The notes beneath the pieces were generated by a model that saw only the letters and a program-made list of their open reading frames with translations, searched no databases and was not told the origin of the DNA. The position numbers and the translations under genes were made by a program. Source: Yuukianura sp. NJ FZ-2021 (lineage: Eukaryota). From it: a DNA stretch of 64,000 nucleotides. Below, one piece after another: positions 30,001-43,163 of the stretch. The stretch is from NCBI GenBank assembly GCA_046563655.1, contig CM102283.1:4464001-4528000 (forward strand), written 5' to 3'. Each line of letters opens with the position of its first letter. Position 1 is the first letter of the stretch.

Positions 30001-33000
30001 TTCTAAGGCTATACAGACACATCTCATTCCATTCTAACGCTATTATACAATGGTGTTTGATATGCCGCTTTTTAGTTTAGGAACAGTTTCGCCTGTGTTT
30101 TAAGTTGAAATTATATATGCTTTGGAACAGCTATTTTATTAAAACCCGCTTGCATTTGGACAAAGAGTAAAGCGGATTTTTTTCCAAAATTTCTGAGTGC
30201 GACCACTAGATTCTAAGGCTATACAGACACATCTAAGTCCATTCTAACGGTATTGTACAATGGTGTTTGATATGCCGCCTTCTATTTTAGGAATAGTTTC
30301 GCTTGTGTTTTAAGTTGAAATTAGATATGCTTTGGAACAGCTATTTTATTAAAACCCGCTTGCATTTGGACAAAGAGTAAAGCGGATTTTTTTCCAAAAT
30401 TTCTGAGTGCGACCACTAGATTCTAAGGCTATACAGACACATCTAAGTCCATTCTAACGGTATTGTACAATGGTGTTTGATATGCCGCCTTCTATTTTAG
30501 GAATAGTTTCGCTTGTGTTTTAAGTTGAAATTAGATATGCTTTGGAACAGCTATTTTATTAAAACCCGCTTGCATTTGGACAAAGAGTAAAGCGGATTTT
30601 TTTCCAAAATTTCTGAGTGCGACCACTAGATTCTAAGGCTATACAGACACATCTAAGTCCATTCTAACGGTATTGTACAATGGTGTTTGATATGCCGCCT
30701 TCTATTTTAGGAATAGTTTCGCTTGTGTTTTAAGTTGAAATTAGATATGCTTTGGAACAGCTATTTTATTAAAACCCGCTTGCATTTGGACAAAGAGTAA
30801 AGCGGATTTTTTTCCAAAATTTCTGAGTGCGACCACTAGATTCTAAGGCTATACAGACACATCTAAGTCCATTCTAACGGTATTGTACAATGGTGTTTGA
30901 TATGCCGCCTTCTATTTTAGGAATAGTTTCGCTTGTGTTTTAAGTTGAAATTAGATATGCTTTGGAACAGCTATTTTATTAAAACCCGCTTGCATTTGGA
31001 CAAAGAGTAAAGCGGATTTTTTTCCAAAATTTCTGAGTGCGACCACTAGATTCTAAGGCTATACAGACACATCTAAGTCCATTCTAACGGTATTGTACAA
31101 TGGTGTTTGATATGCCGCCTTCTATTTTAGGAATAGTTTCGCTTGTGTTTTAAGTTGAAATTAGATATGCTTTGGAACAGCTATTTTATTAAAACCCGCT
31201 TGCATTTGGACAAAGAGTAAAGCGGATTTTTTTCCAAAATTTCTGAGTGCGACCACTAGATTCTAAGGCTATACAGACACATCTAAGTCCATTCTAACGG
31301 TATTGTACAATGGTGTTTGATATGCCGCCTTCTATTTTAGGAATAGTTTCGCTTGTGTTTTAAGTTGAAATTAGATATGCTTTGGAACAGCTATTTTATT
31401 AAAACCCGCTTGCATTTGGACAAAGAGTAAAGCGGATTGTTTTTCAAAATTTCTGAGTGCGACCACTAGATTCTAAGGCTATACAGACACATCTAATTCC
31501 ATTCTAACGGTATTGTACAATGGTGTTTGATATGCCGCCTTCTATTTTAGGAATAGTTTCGCTTGTGTTTTAAGTTGAAATTAGATATGCTTTGGAACAG
31601 CTATTTTATTAAAACCCGCTTGCATTTGGACAAAGAGTAAAGCGGATTTTTTTTTCAAAATTTCTGAGTGCGACCACTAGATTCTAAGGCTATACAGACA
31701 CATCTAAGTCCATTCTAACGGTATTGTACAATGGTGTTTGATATGCCGCCTTCTATTTTAGGAATAGTTTCGCTTGTGTTTTAAGTTGAAATTAGATATG
31801 CTTTGGAACAGCTATTTTATTAAAACCCGCTTGCATTTGGACAAAGAGTAAAGCGGATTTTTTTTTCAAAATTTCTGAGTGCGACCACTAGATTCTAAGG
31901 CTATACAGACACATCTAAGTCCATTCTAACGGTATTGTACAATGGTGTTTGATATGCCGCCTTCTATTTTAGGAATAGTTTCGCTTGTGTTTTAAGTTGA
32001 AATTAGATATGCTTTGGAACAGCTATTTTATTAAAACCCGCTTGCATTTGGACAAAGAGTAAAGCGGATTTTTTTCCAAAATTTCTGAGTGCGACCACTA
32101 GATTCTAAGGCTATACAGACACATCTAAGTCCATTCTAACGGTATTGTACAATGGTGTTTGATATGCCGCCTTCTATTTTAGGAATAGTTTCGCTTGTGT
32201 TTTAAGTTGAAATTAGATATGCTTTGGAACAGCTATTTTATTAAAACCCGCTTGCATTTGGACAAAGAGTAAAGCGGATTTTTTTCCAAAATTTCTGAGT
32301 GCGACCACTAGATTCTAAGGCTATACAGACACATCTAAGTCCATTCTAACGGTATTGTACAATGGTGTTTGATATGCCGCCTTCTATTTTAGGAATAGTT
32401 TCGCTTGTGTTTTAAGTTGAAATTAGATATGCTTTGGAACAGCTATTTTATTAAAACCCGCTTGCATTTGGACAAAGAGTAAAGCGGATTTTTTTCCAAA
32501 ATTTCTGAGTGCGACCACTAGATTCTAAGGCTATACAGACACATCTAAGTCCATTCTAACGGTATTGTACAATGGTGTTTGATATGCCGCCTTCTATTTT
32601 AGGAATAGTTTCGCTTGTGTTTTAAGTTGAAATTAGATATGCTTTGGAACAGCTATTTTATTAAAACCCGCTTGCATTTGGACAAAGAGTAAAGCGGATT
32701 TTTTTTTCAAAATTTCTGAGTGCGACCACTAGATTCTAAGGCTATACAGACACATCTAAGTCCATTCTAACGGTATTGTACAATGGTGTTTGATATGCCG
32801 CCTTCTATTTTAGGAATAGTTTCGCTTGTGTTTTAAGTTGAAATTAGATATGCTTTGGAACAGCTATTTTATTAAAACCCGCTTGCATTTGGACAAAGAG
32901 TAACGCGGGTTTTTTTCCAAAATTTCTGAGTGCGACCACTAGATTCTAAGGCTATACAGACACATCTAATTCCATTCTAACGGTATTGTACAATGGTGTT

Positions 33001-33331
33001 TGATATGCCGCCTTCTATTTTAGGAATAGTTTCGCTTGTGTTTTAAGTTGAAATTAGATATGCTTTGGAACAGCTATTTTATTAAAACCCGCTTGCATTT
33101 GGACAAAGAGTAAAGCGGATTTTTTTTTTCAAAATTTCTGAGTGCGACCACTAAATTCTAAGGCTATACAGACACATCTCATTCCATTCTAACGGTATTG
33201 TACAATGGTGTTTGATATGCCGCCTTTTAGTTTAGGAATAGTTTCGCTTGTGTTTTAAGTTGAAATTAGATATGCTTTGGAACAGCTATTTTATTAAAAC
33301 CCGCTCGCATTTGGACAATGAGTAAACCGGA
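1..33331. repeat. Tandem satellite DNA, ~210-bp monomer (segment 1, ~158 copies; continues left of window)
   Basis: Unit TTTTAAGTTGAAATTAGATATGC...TTTCGCYTGTG recurs at 1, 211, 420, 630 etc. Length varies slightly, mostly through one T-tract. No unique spacers and no ORFs in the track. Confidence 0.99.
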
Positions 33332-33787
33332 TTTTTTTTTTTTTTTTTTTTTTGAACGGGTACGAGATGTAGCACCCCCTAAAGCGGGGCCTTACACTAC
33401 TTCGCGTTGAGTTGTCTTGCTATCTTTCCATTCGGCTAGAGAAGGTAACTCTAGGTATTAGGAAAACCACATCGGAAAAACGCTAATACAAAGTTGATAA
33501 GCAAGACAACTCGGGGACGTTACTTTACAGTTACGTTACATATACTGATGAGAAAGGCAGGTCCTCTGCTTGTTTTTACGGTGAGTTTACAGCTCACCAA
33601 CCTCAAGGAAACAGACTCATCAGCATCTCAGAATGAAATTGAAAGGGAATAAGGAAATGGCAAATTCCTTATGCACATAGGCAAATTTTCATTCACTTTT
33701 TTTATTGCGAGTGACCGACAGGATTCGATCTCACAGACAGGCAGTTGGCAGAATAGAGACTCATACCACTGCGCTATCATGGCTCGC
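33332..33787 (-). mobile_element. tRNA-derived SINE with poly(A) tail inserted in the satellite T-tract
   Basis: Minus-strand head has A box TAGCGCAGTGG (33766-33776), B box GATCGAATCC (33721-33730) and a CTGCCAA anticodon-like loop (Gly GCC). The 22-T run at 33332-33353 is the tail plus target T-tract. Satellite resumes in register at the T-tract from 33788. Confidence 0.88.
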
Positions 33788-36700
33788 TTTTTTTTCAAAA
33801 TTTCTGAGTGCGACCACTAAATTCTAAGGCTATACAGACACATTTCATTCCATTCTAAAGCTATTATACAATGGTGTTTGATATGCCGCTTTTTAGTTTA
33901 GGAACAGTTTCGCCTGTGTTTTAAGTTGAAATTATATATGCTTTGGAACAGCTATTTTATTAAAACCCGCTTGCATTTGGACAAAGAGTAAAGCGGATTT
34001 TTTTCCAAAATTTCTGAGTGCGACCACTAGATTCTAAGGCTATACAGACACATCTAAGTCCATTCTAACGGTATTGTACAATGGTGTTTGATATGCCGCC
34101 TTCTATTTTAGGAATAGTTTCGCCTGTGTTTTAAGTTGAAATTAGATATGCTTTGGAACAGCTATTTTATTAAAACCCGCTTGCATTTGGACAAAGAGTA
34201 AAGCGGATTTTTTCCCAAAATTTCTGAGTGCGACCACTAGATTCTAAGGCTATACAGACACATCTAAGTCCATTCTAACGGTATTGTACAATGGTGTTTG
34301 ATATGCCGCCTTCTATTTTAGGAATAGTTTCGCCTGTGTTTTAAGTTGAAATTAGATATGCTTTGGAACAGCTATTTTATTAAAACCCGCTTGCATTTGG
34401 ACAAAGAGTAAAGCGGATTTTTTTCCAAAATTTCTGAGTGCGACCACTAGATTCTAAGGCTATACAGACACATCTAAGTCCATTCTAACGGTATTGTACA
34501 ATGGTGTTTGATATGCCGCCTTCTATTTTAGGAATAGTTTCGCCTGTGTTTTAAGTTGAAATTAGATATGCTTTGGAACAGCTATTTTATTAAAACCCGC
34601 TTGCATTTGGACAAAGAGTAAAGCGGATTTTTTTCCAAAATTTCTGAGTGCGACCACTAGATTCTAAGGCTATACAGACACATCTAAGTCCATTCTAACG
34701 GTATTGTACAATGGTGTTTGATATGCCGCCTTCTATTTTAGGAATAGTTTCGCTTGTGTTTTAAGTTGAAATTAGATATGCTTTGGAACAGCTATTTTAT
34801 TAAAACCCGCTTGCATTTGGACAAAGAGTAAAGCGGATTTTTTTCCAAAATTTCTGAGTGCGACCACTAGATTCTAAGGCTATACAGACACATCTAAGTC
34901 CATTCTAACGGTATTGTACAATGGTGTTTGATATGCCGCCTTCTATTTTAGGAATAGTTTCGCTTGTGTTTTAAGTTGAAATTAGATATGCTTTGGAACA
35001 GCTATTTTATTAAAACCCGCTTGCATTTGGACAAAGAGTAAAGCGGATTTTTTTCCAAAATTTCTGAGTGCGACCACTAGATTCTAAGGCTATACAGACA
35101 CATCTAATTCCATTCTAACGGTATTATACAATGGTGTTTGATATGCCGCCTTTTAGTTTAGGAACAGTTTCGCCTGTGTTTTAAGTTGAAATTATATATG
35201 CTTTGGAACAGCTATTTTATTAAAACCCGCTTGCATTTGGACAAAGAGTAAAGCGGATTTTTTCCCAAAATTTCTGAGTGCGACCACTAGATTCTAAGGC
35301 TATACAGACACATCTAAGTCCATTCTAACGGTATTGTACAATGGTGTTTGATATGCCGCCTTCTATTTTAGGAATAGTTTCGCCTGTGTTTTAAGTTGAA
35401 ATTAGATATGCTTTGGAACAGCTATTTTATTAAAACCCGCTTGCATTTGGACAAAGAGTAACGCGGGTTTTTTTCCAAAATTTCTGAGTGCGACCACTAG
35501 ATTCTAAGGCTATACAGACACATCTAATTCCATTCTAACGGTATTGTACAATGGTGTTTGATATGCCGCCTTCTATTTTAGGAATAGTTTCGCTTGTGTT
35601 TTAAGTTGAAATTAGATATGCTTTGGAACAGCTATTTTATTAAAACCCGCTTGCATTTGGACAAAGAGTAAAGCGGATTTTTTTTTCAAAATTTCTGAGT
35701 GCGACCACTAGATTCTAAGGCTATACAGACACATCTAAGTCCATTCTAACGGTATTGTACAATGGTGTTTGATATGCCGCCTTCTATTTTAGGAATAGTT
35801 TCGCTTGTGTTTTAAGTTGAAATTAGATATGCTTTGGAACAGCTATTTTATTAAAACCCGCTTGCATTTGGACAAAGAGTAAAGCGGATTTTTTTCCAAA
35901 ATTTCTGAGTGCGACCACTAGATTCTAAGGCTATACAGACACATCTAAGTCCATTCTAACGGTATTGTACAATGGTGTTTGATATGCCGCCTTCTATTTT
36001 AGGAATAGTTTCGCCTGTGTTTTAAGTTGAAGTTAGATATGCTTTGGAACAGCTATTTTATTAAAACCCGCTTGCATTTGGACAAAGAGTAAAGCGGATT
36101 TTTTTCCAAAATTTCTGAGTGCGACCACTAGATTCTAAGGCTATACAGACACATCTAAGTCCATTCTAACGGTATTGTACAATGGTGTTTGATATGCCGC
36201 CTTCTATTTTAGGAATAGTTTCGCTTGTGTTTTAAGTTGAAATTAGATATGCTTTGGAACAGCTATTTTATTAAAACCCGCTTGCATTTGGACAAAGAGT
36301 AAAGCGGATTTTTTTCCAAAATTTCTGAGTGCGACCACTAGATTCTAAGGCTATACAGACACATCTAAGTCCATTCTAACGGTATTGTACAATGGTGTTT
36401 GATATGCCGCCTTCTATTTTAGGAATAGTTTCGCTTGTGTTTTAAGTTGAAATTAGATATGCTTTGGAACAGCTATTTTATTAAAACCCGCTTGCATTTG
36501 GACAAAGAGTAAAGCGGATTTTTTTCCAAAATTTCTGAGTGCGACCACTAGATTCTAAGGCTATACAGACACATCTAAGTCCATTCTAACGGTATTGTAC
36601 AATGGTGTTTGATATGCCGCCTTCTATTTTAGGAATAGTTTCGCTTGTGTTTTAAGTTGAAATTAGATATGCTTTGGAACAGCTATTTTATTAAAACCCG

Positions 36701-39700
36701 CTTGCATTTGGACAAAGAGTAAAGCGGATTTTTTTCCAAAATTTCTGAGTGCGACCACTAGATTCTAAGGCTATACAGACACATCTAAGTCCATTCTAAC
36801 GGTATTGTACAATGGTGTTTGATATGCCGCCTTCTATTTTAGGAATAGTTTCGCTTGTGTTTTAAGTTGAAATTAGATATGCTTTGGAACAGCTATTTTA
36901 TTAAAACCCGCTTGCATTTGGACAAAGAGTAAAGCGGATTTTTTTCCAAAATTTCTGAGTGCGACCACTAGATTCTAAGGCTATACAGACACATCTAAGT
37001 CCATTCTAACGGTATTGTACAATGGTGTTTGATATGCCGCCTTCTATTTTAGGAATAGTTTCGCTTGTGTTTTAAGTTGAAATTAGATATGCTTTGGAAC
37101 AGCTATTTTATTAAAACCCGCTTGCATTTGGACAAAGAGTAAAGCGGATTTTTTTCCAAAATTTCTGAGTGCGACCACTAGATTCTAAGGCTATACAGAC
37201 ACATCTAAGTCCATTCTAACGGTATTGTACAATGGTGTTTGATATGCCGCCTTCTATTTTAGGAATAGTTTCGCTTGTGTTTTAAGTTGAAATTAGATAT
37301 GCTTTGGAACAGCTATTTTATTAAAACCCGCTTGCATTTGGACAAAGAGTAAAGCGGATTTTTTTCCAAAATTTCTGAGTGCGACCACTAGATTCTAAGG
37401 CTATACAGACACATCTAAGTCCATTCTAACGGTATTGTACAATGGTGTTTGATATGCCGCCTTCTATTTTAGGAATAGTTTCGCTTGTGTTTTAAGTTGA
37501 AATTAGATATGCTTTGGAACAGCTATTTTATTAAAACCCGCTTGCATTTGGACAAAGAGTAAAGCGGATTTTTTTCCAAAATTTCTGAGTGCGACCACTA
37601 GATTCTAAGGCTATACAGACACATCTAAGTCCATTCTAACGGTATTGTACAATGGTGTTTGATATGCCGCCTTCTATTTTAGGAATAGTTTCGCTTGTGT
37701 TTTAAGTTGAAATTAGATATGCTTTGGAACAGCTATTTTATTAAAACCCGCTTGCATTTGGACAAAGAGTAAAGCGGATTTTTTTCCAAAATTTCTGAGT
37801 GCGACCACTAGATTCTAAGGCTATACAGACACATCTAAGTCCATTCTAACGGTATTGTACAATGGTGTTTGATATGCCGCCTTCTATTTTAGGAATAGTT
37901 TCGCTTGTGTTTTAAGTTGAAATTAGATATGCTTTGGAACAGCTATTTTATTAAAACCCGCTTGCATTTGGACAAAGAGTAAAGCGGATTTTTTTCCAAA
38001 ATTTCTGAGTGCGACCACTAGATTCTAAGGCTATACAGACACATCTCATTCCATTCTAACGGTATTATACAATGGTGTTTGATATGCCGCTTTTTAGTTT
38101 AGGAACAGTTTCGCCTGTGTTTTAAGTTGAAATTATATATGCTTTGGAACAGCTATTTTATTAAAACCCGCTTGCATTTGGACAAAGAGTAAAGCGGATT
38201 TTTTTCCAAAATTTCTGAGTGCGACCACTAGATTCTAAGGCTATACAGACACATCTAATTCCATTCTAACGGTATTGTACAATGGTGTTTGATATGCCGC
38301 CTTCTATTTTAGGAATAGTTTCGCTTGTGTTTTAAGTTGAAATTAGATATGCTTTGGAACAGCTATTTTATTAAAACCCGCTTGCATTTGGACAAAGAGT
38401 AAAGCGGATTTTTTTTTCAAAATTTCTGAGTGCGACCACTAGATTCTAAGGCTATACAGACACATCTCATTCCATTCTAACGGTATTGTACAATGGTGTT
38501 TGATATGCCGCCTTCTATTTTAGGAATAGTTTCGCTTGTGTTTTAAGTTGAAATTAGATATGCTTTGGAACAGCTATTTTATTAAAACCCGCTTGCATTT
38601 GGACAACGAGTAAAGCGGTTTTTTTTTTCAAAATTTCTGAGTGCGACCACTAAATACTAAGGCTATACAGACACATCTCATTCCATTCTAACGCTATTAT
38701 ACAATGGTGTTTGATATGCCGCCTTCTATTTTAGGAATAGTTTCGCTTGTGTTTTAAGTTGAAATTAGATATGCTTTGCAACAGCTATTTTATTAAAACA
38801 CGCTTGCATTTGGACAACGAGTAAAGCGGTTTTTTTTCAAAATTTCTGAGTGCGACCACTAAATTCTAAGGCTATACAGACACATCTCATTCCATTCTCA
38901 CGCTATTATACAATGGTGTTTGATATGCCGCCTTTTAGTTTAGGAATAGTTTCGCCTGTGTTTTAAGTTGAAATTAGATATGCTTTGGAACAGCTATTTT
39001 ATTAAAACCCGCTTGCATTTGGACAAAGAGTAACGCGGTTTTTTTTTCCAAAATTTCTGAGTGCGACCACTAGATTCTAAGGCTATACAGACACATCTAA
39101 GTCCATTCTAACGGTATTGTACAATGGTGTTTGATATGCCGCCTTCTATTTTAGGAATAGTTTCGCCTGTGTTTTAAGTTGAAATTAGATATGCTTTGGA
39201 ACAGCTATTTTATTAAAACCCGCTTGCATTTGGACAAAGAGTAAAGCGGATTTTTTTCCAAAATTTCTGAGTGCGACCACTAGATTCTAAGGCTATACAG
39301 ACACATCTAAGTCCATTCTAACGGTATTGTACAATGGTGTTTGATATGCCGCCTTCTATTTTAGGAATAGTTTCGCTTGTGTTTTAAGTTGAAATTAGAT
39401 ATGCTTTGGAACAGCTATTTTATTAAAACCCGCTTGCATTTGGACAAAGAGTAAAGCGGATTTTTTTCCAAAATTTCTGAGTGCGACCACTAGATTCTAA
39501 GGCTATACAGACACAGCTAAGTCCATTCTAACGGTATTGTACAATGGTGTTTGATATGCCGCCTTCTATTTTAGGAATAGTTTCGCTTGTGTTTTAAGTT
39601 GAAATTAGATATGCTTTGCAACAGCTATTTTATTAAAACACGCTTGCATTTGGACAACGAGTAAAGCGGTTTTTTTTTTCAAAATTTCTGAGTGCGACCA

Positions 39701-41961
39701 CTAAATACTAAGGCTATACAGACACATCTCATTCCATTCTAACGCTATTATACAATGGTGTTTGATATGCCGCCTTCTATTTTAGGAATAGTTTCGCTTG
39801 TGTTTTAAGTTGAAATTAGATATGCTTTGCAACAGCTATTTTATTAAAACCCGCTTGCATTTGGACAACGAGTAAAGCGGATTTTTTTTTCAAAATTTCT
39901 GAGTGCGACCACTAAATACTAAGGCTATACAGACACATCTCATTCCATTCTAACGCTATTATACAATGGTGTTTGATATGTCGCCTTTTAGTTTAGGAAC
40001 AGTTTCGCCTGTGTTTTAAGTTGAAATTAGATATGCTTTGGAACAGCTATTTTATTAAAACCCGCTTGCATTTGGACAAAGAGTAACGCGGGTTTTTTTT
40101 CCAAAATTTCTGAGTGCGACCACTAAATACTAAGGCTATACAGACACATCTCATTCCATTCTAACGCTATTATACAATGGTGTTTGATATGCCGCCTTCT
40201 ATTTTAGGAATAGTTTCGCTTGTGTTTTAAGTTGAAATTAGATATGCTTTGCAACAGCTATTTTATTAAAACACGCTTGCATTTGGACAACGAGTAAAGC
40301 GGTTTTTTTTTCAAAATTTCTGAGTGCGACCACTAAATACTAAGGCTATACAGACACATCTCATTCCATTCTAACGCTATTATACAATGGTGTTTGATAT
40401 GTCGCCTTTTAGTTTCAGAACAGTTTCGCCTGTGTTTTAAGTTGAAATTAGATATGCTTTGGAACAGCTATTTTATTAAAACCCGCTTGCATTTGGACAA
40501 AGAGTAACGCGGGTTTTTTTTCCAAAATTTCTGAGTGCGACCACTAGATTCTAAGGCTATACAGACACAGCTAAGTCCATTCTAACGGTATTGTACAATG
40601 GTGTTTGATATGCCGCCTTCTATTTTAGGAATAGTTTCGCCTGTGTTTTTAAGTTGAAATTAGATATGCTTTGGAACAGCTATTTTATTAAAACCCGCTT
40701 GCATTTGGACAAAGAGTAAAGCGGATTTTTTTCCAAAATTTCTGAGTGCGACCACTAGATTCTAAGGCTATACAGACACATCTAAGTCCATTCTAACGGT
40801 ATTGTACAATGGTGTTTGATATGCCGCCTTCTATTTTAGGAATAGTTTCGCTTGTGTTTTAAGTTGAAATTAGATATGCTTTGGAACAGCTATTTTATTA
40901 AAACCCGCTTGCATTTGGACAAAGAGTAAAGCGGATTTTTTTCCAAAATTTCTGAGTGCGACCACTAGATTCTAAGGCTATACAGACACAGCTAAGTCCA
41001 TTCTAACGGTATTGTACAATGGTGTTTGATATGCCGCCTTCTATTTTAGGAATAGTTTCGCTTGTGTTTTAAGTTGAAATTAGATATGCTTTGAAACAGC
41101 TATTTTATTAAAACACGCTTGCATTTGGACAACGAGTAAAGCGGTTTTTTTTTCAAAATTTCTGAGTGCGACCACTAAATACTAAGGCTATACAGACACA
41201 TCTCATTCCATTCTAACGCTATTATACAATGGTGTTTGATATGCCGCCTTCTATTTTAGGAATAGTTTCGCTTGTGTTTTAAGTTGAAATTAGATATGCT
41301 TTGCAACAGCTATTTTATTAAAACACGCTTGCATTTGGACAACGAGTAAAGCGGTTTTTTTTCAAAATTTCTGAGTGCGACCACTAAATACTAAGGCTAT
41401 ACAGACACATCTCATTCCATTCTAACGCTATTATACAATGGTGTTTGATATGTCGCCTTTTAGTTTCAGAACAGTTTCGCCTGTGTTTTAAGTTGAAATT
41501 AGATATGCTTTGGAACAGCTATTTTATTAAAACCCGCTTGCATTTGGACAAAGAGTAACGCGGGTTTTTTTCCAAAATTTCTGAGTGCGACCACTAGATT
41601 CTAAGGCTATACAGACACATCTAAGTCCATTCTAACGGTATTGTACAGTGGTGTTTGATATGCCGCCTTCTATTTTAGGAATAGTTTCGCCTGTGTTTTT
41701 AGTTGAAGTTAGATATGCTTTGGAACAGCTATTTTATTAAAACCCGCTTGCATTTGGACAAAGAGTAAAGCGGATTTTTTTCCAAAATTCCTGAGTGCGA
41801 CCACTAGATTCTAAGGCTATACAGACACATCTAAGTCCATTCTAACGGTATTGTACAATGGTGTTTGATATGCCGCCTTCTATTTTAGGAATAGTTTCGC
41901 TTGTGTTTTAAGTTGAAATTAGATATGCTTTGGAACAGCTATTTTATTAAAACCCGCTTGC
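33788..41961. repeat. 210-bp satellite, segment 2 (~39 copies)
   Basis: Same monomer and orientation; includes runs of apparently identical copies. Confidence 0.99.
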
Positions 41962-42320
41962 GAATCACGGCTCTTTCAGTCTTCCTCCTTTGGAAAGAAT
42001 CATGTACAATTAAACTTTAACTTAATTAATCGCGATCAACAACAATCTATCACAACCGACGTTACTCCACCACCTCACAGTGAGGAACGTACAACACAAA
42101 TCTGTGCCATATCAACGGAAACTGGACGAATTCACCGATTAAGCTAACTCACATTTGGGATATATGGTATAGCTATTGCATGCCTATATCTATATCCCAG
42201 TCCAAGCAATTCGAGAACCAACAAAGTTAAGTTACAAAAATCCTAAAATCAGAGATTAGAACCGATTACTACTAAATCTCTACATTTTCAGCAAACACTT
42301 GTCATTGCCAGTGCCAAAAA

Positions 42321-43163
42321 ATGCCGGTAGAAAGGTCTCCAGGAAAAGAAATTGGAACGCCCACACAAGGCACATTCCGACAATCGATATTGAATTTCGA
42401 GGGAACCCCGAAACGTCCCGATGGCAGCGGAAAAAGACCGCTAGTAGACACTGACGCACTCACCCCGCACAAATCACAACGTATCGCTCCAGTATACGAC
42501 GAAAAATTTGTCGAACTAATCGTCACGAAGCTCAACACACAAATGGAGGCACAGATGAAGGCCCATACGTCCGAAATTCTAAACAATCAAAAGGAACTTG
42601 TTGCGAGCGTGCAAGCGGAAATCTCGTCAGTCAAAGCAAATGTACAGAACCTCACGTCTCTCGTTGAAGCACTACAACACGACAATTATACCTTGAACTC
42701 CCGAGTCAGTACGAACGAAGACCAACTCTCTGCACTTAAAAATGACGTCTCAAATCTCCAAAGCGCAACACGATCTCTCCAAATTACCGCAGCTCACGCC
42801 GTTGCGGAAGCCAGGAAGAATAATCTCATTTTCCAAGGTATCGCTGAAGGTCCTCAAGACACTATCGAAGCCCAGGTTCTGCATTACATTCAAGTTACAC
42901 TGAACCAGAAATCAATAACTCCATTACAAATTCGTAAATTGGGGAGAACTAACCCAGACGCCGGTAGGCCCAGACCCACATCGGTACTCTTCAAGGACTT
43001 CGCTCAGAGGGACACTGTTTTTGCCTCCGCCAGACAGTTCAGACACCCCACTATCGCCGTCTACAGTGACAGGCCAAAAATACTCCGAGATGAAGCTAAA
43101 AAAAGGCGAGAAGAGAACTCTGGACGTCACATAAATCCGATACCTCCAGATAGATCACAATGA
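42321..43163 (+). CDS. LINE ORF1 protein (coiled coil plus RRM-like nucleic-acid chaperone), 280 aa
   Basis: Heptad-rich centre followed by RKNNLIFQGIAE...RKLGR...PRPTSVLF...VYSDRP, typical of L1/CR1-type ORF1. Confidence 0.9.
   Translation: MPVERSPGKEIGTPTQGTFRQSILNFEGTPKRPDGSGKRPLVDTDALTPHKSQRIAPVYDEKFVELIVTKLNTQMEAQMKAHTSEILNNQKELVASVQAEISSVKANVQNLTSLVEALQHDNYTLNSRVSTNEDQLSALKNDVSNLQSATRSLQITAAHAVAEARKNNLIFQGIAEGPQDTIEAQVLHYIQVTLNQKSITPLQIRKLGRTNPDAGRPRPTSVLFKDFAQRDTVFASARQFRHPTIAVYSDRPKILRDEAKKRREENSGRHINPIPPDRSQ

Noticed and set aside
33545-33625. Hammerhead ribozyme in the SINE (CTGATGAG)
   Set aside because: There is no correctly placed stem II-GAAA; the motif simply pairs with CTCATCAG.
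33707-33787. Functional tRNA-Gly gene
   Set aside because: Stems are degenerate and the sequence continues into a ~350-bp body and poly(A), so it is a SINE head.
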